Assembly: GCA_964367355.1 (NCBI GenBank)
Contig: CAYIWY010000002.1
Span: 71,296 to 135,295, forward strand
Reading direction: 5' to 3'
From: an uncultured Gammaproteobacteria bacterium
GTDB lineage: Bacteria; Patescibacteriota; Microgenomatia; Woykebacterales; RBG-16-39-9b
DNA length: 64,000 nucleotides
In this document: in pieces, positions 1 through 9,117 of the stretch
How positions within the stretch are numbered: the first letter of the stretch is position 1
How the letters are laid out: each line of letters starts with the position of its first letter
Translations under genes and position numbers: made by a program
The notes under the pieces: generated by a model
The model's input: only the letters and a program-made list of their open reading frames with translations
Databases searched by the model: none
Told to the model about the DNA's origin: nothing

Positions 1-1090
1 GGGCTTCAGTTGTGAAATAGGAAGGTGAAGAAAGACCAGCATTTGGACAATCAGCGACGTTACAGGCCCAAACCGACCAGTAGTACGTTTTACCCTTATC
101 AAGGACGGTCGGCGGAACTGGAAAGGCGCCGGAAGTACCGTTCTGAGTTAACCAACCATCTATACTCCAATTAGAAATACAACCAGTGGAATTACAACTA
201 GTTGGTGAGATGCTTTTATACCAAAATCCATTGCTGGCGAAATTTGCAGAAGTGGAAACCCAGAGAGCATAACGACTGGCACCAGGAACCGCCGTCCAGG
301 CGAAAGGAGTACTAATGGTAGTGACTCCGGTTTGTCCGTAGGTTGGCACACTTAAAGTTGGTTTAGAAGTTACCCCAATAGTCCCGGAAAATGTTCCGGG
401 TCTAAAATCAAGCAGTTGTTTAATACCATTTACGTCAGTTACAAAAAGTCTTGTATCAAAATAGATTGAGTTTGGAAAGTCTTGGAATTGAGCCGTCAAG
501 GTACTGTTTGTAAAACGCAGATCTTGATGACTAATACAGTAAGTTTTTGGATCAGAAACACAAACCTCATTAATATTACCTTGCTTGTAAGCTAAGATAC
601 TAAATACTGGAGTATTCCAACTAACAGTCTTCAAACAATAGGCAGCAGTACTAAAACAAGCCCCAGTAAAGCTCCCTCTTTGGTAACCAATAAAATAAAC
701 CCCAAGATTATTGTCAGCTCGAACTAATACATCGACATAATAATCATAGCCACGCCCGGGAACCTGCAAAAGACTTCCTGTTTGTTTTGGTCCGATCGAA
801 GCGTTGCCAGAATCACCAAACCCATCTGTCTCACTTCTTTGACACTGCGTCGTACTACCTTTTGGTTGACCGGCATTACAAACTTGCACCAACCAATGTG
901 GTGTTGTATTAAATTGAACTGATGGGTCGGGGTAATTTGGGTCGCCAAAACTCGCCGCCCGAATACGAGAGTCACGAATCGCGTTGACAGACAAAACAGT
1001 GATCGGAACAGAAATAAAAACTAGAATTGTAAATACTAGTGAAGCTTTTGTATGAAAAGCAAGAGTTTTCCAAATGGACAGCAGATTCAT
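1..1090 (-). CDS. Large secreted repeat protein, paralog of the 1578..4427 gene (N-terminal ~363 aa; C-terminus runs off the window start)
   Basis: My reverse-strand translation from ATG at 1090 gives an open frame to position 1: MNLLSIWKTLAFHTKASLVFTILVFISVPITVLSVNAIRDSRIRAASFGDPNYPDP... This is collinear with the N-terminus of the 962-aa protein. The 5' ends share nucleotide similarity (...ggacagcag.ttcatgtgtagtt.aacta). Not in the ORF track because there is no stop in the window. Confidence 0.7.
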   Translation of the reverse strand, partial: MNLLSIWKTLAFHTKASLVFTILVFISVPITVLSVNAIRDSRIRAASFGDPNYPDPSVQFNTTPHWLVQVCNAGQPKGSTTQCQRSETDGFGDSGNASIGPKQTGSLLQVPGRGYDYYVDVLVRADNNLGVYFIGYQRGSFTGACFSTAAYCLKTVSWNTPVFSILAYKQGNINEVCVSDPKTYCISHQDLRFTNSTLTAQFQDFPNSIYFDTRLFVTDVNGIKQLLDFRPGTFSGTIGVTSKPTLSVPTYGQTGVTTISTPFAWTAVPGASRYALWVSTSANFASNGFWYKSISPTSCNSTGCISNWSIDGWLTQNGTSGAFPVPPTVLDKGKTYYWSVWACNVADCPNAGLSSPSYFTTEA

Positions 1091-1100
1091 ATGTAGTTAA

Positions 1101-1574
1101 CTATTTGCAAGTGCTGGTGGTTAAATCAGATTTTGTTACTTGCCGACTCAGATCGGCTGAAACTCCCCAAATAATAGCTAATTTACATAAATCTGTAGCA
1201 CCAAAAATATTCAGCTTTTGCTCTGCCAACAATTTATTTTCTCGATACTCTTTCAAAGAAGTCGCTTTTATGTTAGCTGTTAGATATTTAGTGGTCGCAT
1301 CATAATTAAGGACAAATTTGCTTTCTGTGTAAGGCAAACTGTTCTTTACCTTTTTAATTTCAGTATCGCGAACAACTGATTTAGTAATTGACTCTCCTGA
1401 TTTAATATCCGGCAAAATTGTTTGGGCTTTCGCCAACTCTTTAGTGATCTGGGGAAGGTTGCTTAAACTTGCTTCTAAATTTTTGTCAACACCGCTAACG
1501 ATCAGTAAGTTAATCCCGATTAAGGATAATCCAATAACTATAAAAGAAGCAGTTAATACTTTCTGGTTATTCAT
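1101..1574 (-). CDS. Hypothetical membrane-anchored protein (157 aa, N-terminal TM helix)
   Basis: Complete ORF with hydrophobic segment FIVIGLSLIGINLLIVSG. It sits between the two giant paralogs in the same orientation (4-nt overlap with the upstream gene, 11-nt gap to the downstream one). Confidence 0.5.
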   Translation of the reverse strand: MNNQKVLTASFIVIGLSLIGINLLIVSGVDKNLEASLSNLPQITKELAKAQTILPDIKSGESITKSVVRDTEIKKVKNSLPYTESKFVLNYDATTKYLTANIKATSLKEYRENKLLAEQKLNIFGATDLCKLAIIWGVSADLSRQVTKSDLTTSTCK

Positions 1575-1577
1575 AAT

Positions 1578-4427
1578 CTAACAACCACCATATTTGTTTA
1601 TATATACAGACCAACGACAAGCAAAACCATCATTAAATAACTTGACCGCAACTCTCACTTGGGCGTATGGATTCCACGCACCAGCATCGTATCCTGCTCC
1701 TAAAAATGCTTTTGCCCAAAAAGTGTTATCACCGAAACCGACATCATCTCCGCCGGGGGTTTTCCAACAACCCGCTGCTTTCTTAGAACCATCCGCAGCG
1801 ACAATACTTCCCGAATCAGCATAGTTTAAGGCCTCTTCCCCACCTTGCTGCCACAAATCCGGAGCGAACTGAAAGACACCAATTGTTGATTGAAAAGGGC
1901 TTCCATCAGACCGTGTATCAATATGATAAGCACAATCTTCCCCACCTCCACTTTCTCCCAAAATCACTGTCGTTAGTATGTCGGCTAAGTTATCGTTTGG
2001 ACGTCGTTTGTCTTTTGGAGTAACTGCAAGTGAGTCAATGTAACTTACAATATAATTTCTAACCTCAACTGAGTCCGAACTACCACCGCCACCACCAGCT
2101 GCACCTCCACCCCCAGTACTGCTTGCAGTCATATCAGGACAAGCAGAAGTTTTAAAACTAGCTATGTTGCTTGGATACCATTGACCTGCGATATTAGTAT
2201 TTATCCTCCAAAAATGGACTCGGTTTGGTAGTAACCCTGGCCAGGCGTAACTCTTGGCGCCGACTACTGGTGGTGGATCGGAACTAAGAAATGTATCAAC
2301 CAAGAAATTGTTATCGAACAATGAAAGGTCAATGTACTGGGAAATTACACTCGTAGCACTCGCTGGATCCCAGTTAAAAGTAACATTGATTCTGCCATTT
2401 ATACAAGCACTTAAGGCTGGCGTTACCTGAGTTATGATAGCAGCAGAGGTTCCGCCACCACCTCCGCCTCCACCGCCACCACCGCCAGCTTGTCCACCGG
2501 AACCGGTATCGGGAGGTTTAATCGTACGAGCATTCACGGTAAACTTACTAATATCTGAAACAAGAAAACTACTGAGCCCACGAGTTATACACCCATCACT
2601 TACTTTACAAGCGAAAACTACAAAGTACCAATCCCCGGCCGGCAAGGGTTTTGGCGGTGAGGTAATATTGGCCGGTTCAACATTATTATTATAATAAGTC
2701 CAACTACCACTTAAATCAGTACTACAAGGATTCTTTGAACAGGTAATCTTCGTCTTTGCCCAATAGTCACCCTTAAACTGTCCACCTAAGAAATCACCGT
2801 TTTTTCCCTTTAGAAAAATTGTGTAGTCAACAATTTTACTCTGACTTCCAGCCTGATCCCAGAAAAACTTTGCACTACCATCCACATAAGTTTGGGCGGA
2901 GAGGTTTGTTGGCCCTGTTTCAGTTACATCTCCTTTTGTTCGAAAACTGGAATTACTTGGAAGACTACAACTATCGGTGTTACAAGCCCGCACTGACCAG
3001 TGATAAACTTGTCCAGGTTTCAGAGTAGAACTTCTTGGAACAATATTTTTAAAAGTTGCCCAGTTAGCACTGTCACCCCAGTTTCGACTGCATTGACCGC
3101 TGCTACAATTAGAATCCGCAAGATAAGAAGCCCAATAACCAGATAGGTCGTTTAATTTATTATAACTGTCAGAAACGGCAACTACATAAGTAGTGGCGTT
3201 GGCTGCACTCTCCCAACGAAAAACTGGTGACAAGTCAACATCCGGTGTTGGGGTACCATTATTCGCTAAACTTGGTGCGCTTAAGATCGGTGAATTTGGA
3301 GTTATTATCGGAGCAACTGGTTTTGGTTGTGTGGGTGGTGGGGTTGGCGTCGGTGTACTCAAGCCTTCAGTTGTAAAGATACTTCTCGGTGCCAAACCAG
3401 GACAGGTGGTCGCCGTGCAAGCAAAAACAACCCAAAAATATTTCTTTCCCGCTTCAATATTTGGCGGTGGGTTTCCGAGATTACTGGCAGAACCAGCTTG
3501 TGTTGTCCAACCACCATCAATTAAACCTTTACTACAATTTGTACTACATTCTCCTGCTTGAACTTTCTTCCACCAAAAGCCACCCTTACCATAGTCGTCA
3601 CTGGTGGAAACCCAAACAGCATAGTAACTTGCGCCTGGAACAGTTGACCACTGCAAACGGAAATTATTGAAAACATTTTGGGCAATATTTGCGTTATTTG
3701 GAGGATATTTCAAAGTTGGAGCTGAAATTTGCTGTACAGATCCTGATTGATTATTTTGCAAAATATCCATTAAATTATTATTTATCGTAATCTCAACTTT
3801 GAAATTGATATCATTTGGGAAATCTTTGAACTGGGCCGAAGCATAGGGTGGCCCATTTTTACTTAATGGTGCTGTTATTACTGAAACACAACTTGTAGGC
3901 CCACCTTGGCAGGCATTGGAATTATTAGATTGGTTTTTTGCGGTAAATAATATTGTGGGCGTATTCCACCTAATTATTTTGTCGCAAAGCGCTCCAACTG
4001 CGCAGGTACCTTGGAAAGTTTGTCTGTCGTAAACTACCCATTTAAGTAAGGCTGGGTTACTAGAGTCTTTAACTAAAAGTTTTACATAGGAATCAAATCT
4101 TCGGTCAGTTCCACCTTGATACAGCTTGTACTGCGGTTGACTTGTTCCTTGTCCAAAACCGTCGGTATCGGCAATCTGACATTGAGTTTTATCGTCCATC
4201 GCTTTACCACTATTACAAAGTTGTACCTGCCAATGTGGTGTTAAGTTCCAATTCACTACTGGATCAGGATAATTTGGATCGCCAATGCTGGCAGCTTTAA
4301 TCCGGTTATCACGGATAAGACTGGTCGATAAAACAGTCACGGGGACAGAAAAAAGGACGAGAATAGTAAAAATTAAAGAAGCTTTTGTATGTAAGGCAAG
4401 ACCACCCCAAAAGGACAGCAGTTTCAT
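1578..4427 (-). CDS. Giant secreted surface protein with FN3-like repeats, poly-Gly/poly-Pro linkers and a C-terminal Rpf-like (transglycosylase-like) muralytic domain
   Basis: 962-aa ORF. Start moved to the internal Met (MKLLSFWGG...) by paralogy with the 1..1090 gene. N-terminal signal/TM (ASLIFTILVLFSVPVTVLS). Repeated W..VPGAS.Y.VWVS segments. G12 and PTPTPPPTQPKP linkers. C-terminal ...ILGESGGGEDCAYHIDTRSDGSPFQSTIGVFQFAPDLWQQGGEE...AWNPYAQVRV...C resembles the Rpf/transglycosylase-like fold (ESxG ... GGVQF-type motif). Confidence 0.75.
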   Translation of the reverse strand: MKLLSFWGGLALHTKASLIFTILVLFSVPVTVLSTSLIRDNRIKAASIGDPNYPDPVVNWNLTPHWQVQLCNSGKAMDDKTQCQIADTDGFGQGTSQPQYKLYQGGTDRRFDSYVKLLVKDSSNPALLKWVVYDRQTFQGTCAVGALCDKIIRWNTPTILFTAKNQSNNSNACQGGPTSCVSVITAPLSKNGPPYASAQFKDFPNDINFKVEITINNNLMDILQNNQSGSVQQISAPTLKYPPNNANIAQNVFNNFRLQWSTVPGASYYAVWVSTSDDYGKGGFWWKKVQAGECSTNCSKGLIDGGWTTQAGSASNLGNPPPNIEAGKKYFWVVFACTATTCPGLAPRSIFTTEGLSTPTPTPPPTQPKPVAPIITPNSPILSAPSLANNGTPTPDVDLSPVFRWESAANATTYVVAVSDSYNKLNDLSGYWASYLADSNCSSGQCSRNWGDSANWATFKNIVPRSSTLKPGQVYHWSVRACNTDSCSLPSNSSFRTKGDVTETGPTNLSAQTYVDGSAKFFWDQAGSQSKIVDYTIFLKGKNGDFLGGQFKGDYWAKTKITCSKNPCSTDLSGSWTYYNNNVEPANITSPPKPLPAGDWYFVVFACKVSDGCITRGLSSFLVSDISKFTVNARTIKPPDTGSGGQAGGGGGGGGGGGGTSAAIITQVTPALSACINGRINVTFNWDPASATSVISQYIDLSLFDNNFLVDTFLSSDPPPVVGAKSYAWPGLLPNRVHFWRINTNIAGQWYPSNIASFKTSACPDMTASSTGGGGAAGGGGGSSDSVEVRNYIVSYIDSLAVTPKDKRRPNDNLADILTTVILGESGGGEDCAYHIDTRSDGSPFQSTIGVFQFAPDLWQQGGEEALNYADSGSIVAADGSKKAAGCWKTPGGDDVGFGDNTFWAKAFLGAGYDAGAWNPYAQVRVAVKLFNDGFACRWSVYINKYGGC

Positions 4428-4538
4428 GTGTAGTTTAACTAATATAAGCGTACCAAATATACTCAAACCGTGTCAATAAGGTATAAGCACTCGACCAGGT
4501 CTCGCGCTTGTAACTTAAGCAAGTTATAATTTCTGATT

Positions 4539-5300
4539 ATGACAATAAAAGAAATATTAAAACAATCTAAAATTAAAGGAGTTGAAACAGAAATTTTACT
4601 TTCAGCTGTTCTGAAAAAAGATCGAAGTTTTATTAACGCTTTTCCGGAAACTATTTTATCTAAAGTCCAGGAAAATAGGGTTAATGATTTTATTGACCGC
4701 AGAACGAAAAACGAACCAATACCCTACATTCTTGGTTTTAAGGAATTTTATGGCCTGAAATTTCTGGTTAACCAAGACGTACTTATCCCCCGTCCGGAAA
4801 CAGAAAAATTAGTTGAACAAATTTTAAACCACACCTCTAAAGAACGACATCAAAATTTAACCGTTGCCGATGTCGGAACCGGAAGTGGGTGTATCGCCAT
4901 CACACTAGCAATAAAAAATCCAAAGCTACATATAATTGCAACCGATACCAGTTCGCAAGCACTAGCAGTTGCGATTAAAAATGCTAAATTACACCAGGTT
5001 GAAAATCGAATAAAATTTATAGAGAGCAATCTTTTGGAAAAAGTTAACGAAAAAATGGATGTTGTTGCTACAAACCTTCCCTACATCCCAACTTCGAACT
5101 GGGAAAGATTGCCAGCCGAAATTAAGTATTTCGAACCAAGATTAGCTTTAGATTCAGGAAAAAGCGCATATATCCTTTATCATTTACTTTTTGAAGAAGC
5201 AGCAAAAAAATTAAATCCAGGGGGAGTTATTTTTTATGAAATTGACGGATCGATCAATCAAGTTTCGGCGGTCGATCTAGCGGAAACTCTTCCGGAATAA
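4539..5300 (+). CDS. prmC: Release factor glutamine N5-methyltransferase PrmC/HemK
   Basis: IPYILGFKEFYGLKFLVNQDVLIPRPETE, SAM motif VADVGTGSGCIAI, substrate motif NLPY (NPPY variant). Confidence 0.9.
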   Translation: MTIKEILKQSKIKGVETEILLSAVLKKDRSFINAFPETILSKVQENRVNDFIDRRTKNEPIPYILGFKEFYGLKFLVNQDVLIPRPETEKLVEQILNHTSKERHQNLTVADVGTGSGCIAITLAIKNPKLHIIATDTSSQALAVAIKNAKLHQVENRIKFIESNLLEKVNEKMDVVATNLPYIPTSNWERLPAEIKYFEPRLALDSGKSAYILYHLLFEEAAKKLNPGGVIFYEIDGSINQVSAVDLAETLPE

Positions 5301-5952
5301 AGATATTTTCCTTTGGAGCTTTGCGTTTTTTGAGATAGTACCAAACTCCCCCACCGATTATTAACAATAATATTATGAAAAAGGGCCACAGCGGTAGAGA
5401 TTTTTTTGCTTTTTTAGCCTTTGCCAGCTGAACATTTTCGGCAGTAGCTACGACACTGTAACTGCCACTTTGTACCTCGGTCAGTGAATCAACAGTTGTT
5501 GTGTGAGTTGGAATATTTGAATCAATTGTTGAATCTTTCTGAAAAGAAAGCGTCACACTTGTTTGCCCTGAATCTAAAATTTCGAATTTGATCGTTGCAA
5601 TAACAATATCACCGATAATCTTAACTCCAGAAGTTGGCGCTAAAGCGGAAATTCTAATTTTTCCGTTATCTGACTTCTTCACGGGATAATTACTGAAAAA
5701 ACTGCCTTCTTTAATTTCTTTAACTTTTAGGAAATTGACATCGTAAGATGCTACAACATCAACCCCGTCAACAGTTTCTTCGTTTCCCTTAATTACTACA
5801 TCGATGCTTAAATCTTTACCTTCCCCAACATTACTAAACGGTGGGTTTAGCAGCATCGAGCTGGCAAAAGTAGGTGAAAATCTCCCCACTAAAATAGTTA
5901 AAATAAATAGACTGAAAAAGAAAAGAATTGTTTTTGGCAGAAATTTTATCAT
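5254..5952 (-). CDS. Cohesin domain protein with N-terminal signal peptide and C-terminal TM anchor
   Basis: IDVVIKGNEETVDGVDVVASYDVNFLKVKEIKEGSFF ... GKIRISALAPTSGVKIIGDIVIATIKFEILDSGQTSVTLSF matches the cohesin beta-sandwich signature (V.V.V....G..F.L.YD...L.....G / G.I.F.F....A.IKF...). C-terminal LPLWPFFIILLLIIGGGVWYYLKKRK anchor. Start overlaps the stop of the upstream dockerin gene (TGATG). Confidence 0.65.
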   Translation of the reverse strand: MIKFLPKTILFFFSLFILTILVGRFSPTFASSMLLNPPFSNVGEGKDLSIDVVIKGNEETVDGVDVVASYDVNFLKVKEIKEGSFFSNYPVKKSDNGKIRISALAPTSGVKIIGDIVIATIKFEILDSGQTSVTLSFQKDSTIDSNIPTHTTTVDSLTEVQSGSYSVVATAENVQLAKAKKAKKSLPLWPFFIILLLIIGGGVWYYLKKRKAPKENIFIPEEFPLDRPPKLD

Positions 5953-7556
5953 CAGCTACCCTTTTTACCTTGGTTTACTAATAATAACGAATAATCGACA
6001 CTATTCACAACCCCATCATAATTGATATCGTAAAGAATTTCTCCACTTTTGATCCCATTTGGAACCAAAAGATCAGTATCTTTACTATCAATTTGATTAT
6101 CATTGTTAAAATCCCCTGTTACAAAAGTGGCTATATTCAACGAAGTATTGTTGACATAAGTAAATCCAATTTTTTGTACTAAGGAATTTTTTGAAAAAGT
6201 TTTAAGTACATAAGCAGCATTCTTTTTAAGCAAACCACTGGCTTTTATAACTAAAGCCCCACCGTCTTTTCCAACTGAAGCATTTTGGTTCACGGAAGTT
6301 CCATCAATAATTAATGTTACATTCATTGAACCCTTCAAAAACGCATTGGGGACAAAAGTTAATTTAATATCGTCTGGTCCAGCAGTTGGTTGTTGGGCAG
6401 GATTGGTAGATGGTGGAACCACCTTTGGCGGAGATGGTGGCTTTGTTCCAGGAGGATTAGTACCACCACAGTTACTACCACAACCCGGTGGGCTGGAAAC
6501 ATTAACAACTACAGAATTTGATGCACTACCACATGTAATCGAATAGGTTTTTGGAGAAGTGAGAATTCCGGTGGAGACTCCGGAACTGTTTGACCCTCCA
6601 GTCGACCAATTGCCCGACGGCATACCTGATGAAGCACTACAACTACTGGCGTTGGCAATTGCCCAGGTTAATGTTGCTGCGCTGTTGTAACTGATTGAAA
6701 TCGGTCCATCGGAACCATTGGCTTTAATATTAACCGTCGGACTTGGTGGGGGTGGTGGAGGTGGCGGTGGCGGTGGCGCGTTTACAGTCACAGTCAGATT
6801 TACATCGTTATCCCCTTCGGTTGATTCAGCCACATTTGCATAGGCATCGGCCCGAAAGAGCATACTTTTCGAACCCGTCTGATCCCATCTAGTGGTAAAA
6901 GTATGGCTAATGCTCCCACCTACCCCAAGACTGCCCACAGAAAAGTCTTGCTTCGGATTTGAAGTACCAGTTCCATAATTTTCAACAACCGTGCCGGAAG
7001 CTCCGGCAGTCCCTGTACCGATATTTGCTGTTCGAAAAGTATAGCTAACCGTTTGTCCTTGCGTCACTGAAGTGGGACCGGTAACTGCTCTATTGGTTCC
7101 GACTCCATTTTGAATAATTAGGTTTGGAAATGTGACCGAGGGCGGTGTACAAGATAAACTAGCAATACTGTTAGTGGTTCGAATCCCGTCAACATAGCCA
7201 AAACGGTTGAGCCAACCGTAGTATGTCTTGTTTGCAAAAGTGGGTACATAGGTTACTAATTGGGAAGTTGAACCTATGTGATAAGTCCAGACAACGTCTG
7301 CCTTGGCAAGATCAGTTGTAACGTGAATCCAAGTATCTAAACCATCAGAGGTAAAATTATATTTAATTCCCCACTTACTATCGCTCTGGCAAACAACTGA
7401 AGATGATAAAGCCAATGTAGCTGCTTTTGATCGTTCATCACGGGTTGTTCTAGTTGCCAACTGAGTAACAACGATGGAACCAAAAAGCAGTAAGGTTAGA
7501 CAAAGAGAAAACCAAGTTTTAGTGGAAAGTTTTATTTTTTTGGACAACAGGAGCAT
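5952..7556 (-). CDS. Secreted surface protein with poly-Pro linkers and C-terminal type-I dockerin (paralog 1)
   Basis: N-terminal signal/TM. P12-SP and PPGTKPPSPPKVVPP linkers. C-terminus GDFNNDNQIDSKDTDLL ... YDINYDGVVNSVDYSLLL is two canonical dockerin Ca-binding repeats (D.N.D...N..D). The ORF-track start is a GTG at 7559; ATG at 7556 is preferred. Confidence 0.75.
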   Translation of the reverse strand: MLLLSKKIKLSTKTWFSLCLTLLLFGSIVVTQLATRTTRDERSKAATLALSSSVVCQSDSKWGIKYNFTSDGLDTWIHVTTDLAKADVVWTYHIGSTSQLVTYVPTFANKTYYGWLNRFGYVDGIRTTNSIASLSCTPPSVTFPNLIIQNGVGTNRAVTGPTSVTQGQTVSYTFRTANIGTGTAGASGTVVENYGTGTSNPKQDFSVGSLGVGGSISHTFTTRWDQTGSKSMLFRADAYANVAESTEGDNDVNLTVTVNAPPPPPPPPPPPSPTVNIKANGSDGPISISYNSAATLTWAIANASSCSASSGMPSGNWSTGGSNSSGVSTGILTSPKTYSITCGSASNSVVVNVSSPPGCGSNCGGTNPPGTKPPSPPKVVPPSTNPAQQPTAGPDDIKLTFVPNAFLKGSMNVTLIIDGTSVNQNASVGKDGGALVIKASGLLKKNAAYVLKTFSKNSLVQKIGFTYVNNTSLNIATFVTGDFNNDNQIDSKDTDLLVPNGIKSGEILYDINYDGVVNSVDYSLLLVNQGKKGS

Positions 7557-7564
7557 CACTATCT

Positions 7565-7593
7565 ATGCTATCAAGCCTCAAGATTAAAGTCAA
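7565..7593 (-). promoter_or_regulatory. Promoter-like element TTGACT-N17-TAGCAT ~8 nt upstream of the dockerin paralog-1 start (near-leaderless)
   Basis: Reverse strand reads TTGACTTTAATCTTGAGGCTTGATAGCAT then agatagtg ATG. The same element is conserved upstream of paralog 2. Confidence 0.4.
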
Positions 7594-7630
7594 AACTCAA
7601 ACTGACCAAGGGCAGTAAAATTTTCCTTCT

Positions 7631-9055
7631 TTAGCCTTTTTTACCTTGGTTTACTAACAATAGCGAATAATCGACACTATTCACAACCCCATCATAATTG
7701 ATGTCGTAAAGAGTGTCACCACTCTTAATTCCGACTGGGGTAAACAGAGTTAAATCATTCGCATCAATCGAGTTATCACTATTGAAATCTCCGGTAACAA
7801 AAGCGGCCACACTTACAGCTGTATTATCAACATACTTAAACCCAACTTTTTGGACAAGTGAGTTTCTGGAAGAAGCTTTCAGTGAATAGTTAGTATTTTT
7901 TGCTAGTAGGCTACTGGTTTTAAAGACAGAGATTCCGCCGTCTTTTCCAATCGAAGCGTTTTGCGCCAAACCAGTTCCTTCGATCAATAGTGAGAGCGTC
8001 ATCTGGCCCTGCAAGAAACTATTTGGGGCAAAGTTTAATTTAAGATCATTTATACTTGCAGCCGGCTGCTGTCCTGAGCCTGGCGGCACAACTTTTGCAG
8101 GTGGTTTTTTTGATACCGGTGGATTTGATGCAGGCGGCTGGTTTACTGGGGGTGCCGCTCCAACATTAACAACAACTTGTTTTGATAAAGAACCACCCGC
8201 ACCGGAACAACTTAAATCATAAGTTTTCTGACTAGTTAAATTACCCGTCGGTTCAGAACCTCCGGTACTATTTTTTGCATTAGACCAGCCATTGGAGGCT
8301 GTACAGGATGTGGCATTTGCTGCTGTCCATCTAAGGGTAGTTGCAGTATTGTAAGATAAATTTATGCTATCTGCCCAGAAATTAAGGGTTGGTGGTGAGG
8401 GGTCGGGAACAGTATAATTTACCACCAATCTGGAACCACGATTAACTTGATTGTACTCTTCGGGAGAACCGGGAGGCAAGAATCCAGGATTGGTCTCCTC
8501 TCGATCACTGAGAAGAACATATCTAGTCGAGCCGGTTTTATTTATGGTACTAGCGCTGATTTGAATAGTAAATTCCTGGCTATTGGATGGTAGACTAACG
8601 GTAGAAAAAAGTCCTGCAATCGATCCCGAATGAGGGTCGCCTCCCCAATCCCCACAATCTAAACTGGTCCCCCAATCGGCGCTGCGAATTCGATAGGTAA
8701 AGTCAGTCTGAGTGCTATCGGTATTTTCAGTCAATATTAAACTTGCGCTAGTAACAGTCGCTCCAGCAGGCAAAGTAGTATTAAAACTAACATAGCTTCG
8801 CCAGGCAGTGCTTTCCTGCTGACCAGTAGGCAAAGTTGCAGCAGACCCAACACTACAGCTTCCTAAAAAATTTTGCAGAAAACCTTCGGAAGCGGCTGTT
8901 ACGGTAATTGATCCATTGGCAGCCTGGCTACGATTGTCCCTAATATTTTGAGTTGCAAACTGAGTTAGCACAATTGCGCCAAACAAAAAACCAGTTAAAA
9001 ATAGTGAAAACCAAGTTTTTGGGGATAATTTCAACTTATATGAAAGGGGAGGCAT
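7631..9055 (-). CDS. Secreted surface protein with C-terminal type-I dockerin (paralog 2)
   Basis: C-terminus GDFNSDNSIDANDLTLF ... YDINYDGVVNSVDYSLLLVNQGKKG is near-identical to paralog 1 at the nucleotide level. Shared middle ~70-aa Cys-containing domain. Start set to ATG (MPPLSYKLKLSPKTWFSL) by alignment with paralog 1; the ORF track uses an upstream TTG at 9073. Confidence 0.75.
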   Translation of the reverse strand: MPPLSYKLKLSPKTWFSLFLTGFLFGAIVLTQFATQNIRDNRSQAANGSITVTAASEGFLQNFLGSCSVGSAATLPTGQQESTAWRSYVSFNTTLPAGATVTSASLILTENTDSTQTDFTYRIRSADWGTSLDCGDWGGDPHSGSIAGLFSTVSLPSNSQEFTIQISASTINKTGSTRYVLLSDREETNPGFLPPGSPEEYNQVNRGSRLVVNYTVPDPSPPTLNFWADSINLSYNTATTLRWTAANATSCTASNGWSNAKNSTGGSEPTGNLTSQKTYDLSCSGAGGSLSKQVVVNVGAAPPVNQPPASNPPVSKKPPAKVVPPGSGQQPAASINDLKLNFAPNSFLQGQMTLSLLIEGTGLAQNASIGKDGGISVFKTSSLLAKNTNYSLKASSRNSLVQKVGFKYVDNTAVSVAAFVTGDFNSDNSIDANDLTLFTPVGIKSGDTLYDINYDGVVNSVDYSLLLVNQGKKG

Positions 9056-9063
9056 TAGTTTAT

Positions 9064-9092
9064 ATGCTATCAAGCCTCAAAATGAAAGTCAA
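9064..9092 (-). promoter_or_regulatory. Promoter-like element TTGACT-N17-TAGCAT immediately upstream of the dockerin paralog-2 start
   Basis: Reverse strand reads TTGACTTTCATTTTGAGGCTTGATAGCAT then ataaacta ATG. Conserved with 7565..7593. Confidence 0.4.
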
Positions 9093-9117
9093 AGTTTGCC
9101 TAACAGCTAGCGGAAAT

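Noticed and set aside
2434-3561. Forward-strand ORFs with Pro/Gly homopolymers inside the 962-aa gene
   Set aside because: They are reverse-complement shadows of the Gly/Pro linker codons of the reverse-strand gene.
4428-4466. 13-codon N-terminal extension of the 962-aa gene (MSIFGTLILVKLH)
   Set aside because: The paralog starts at the equivalent of the internal Met, and both share the same upstream leader. The shorter start is preferred.
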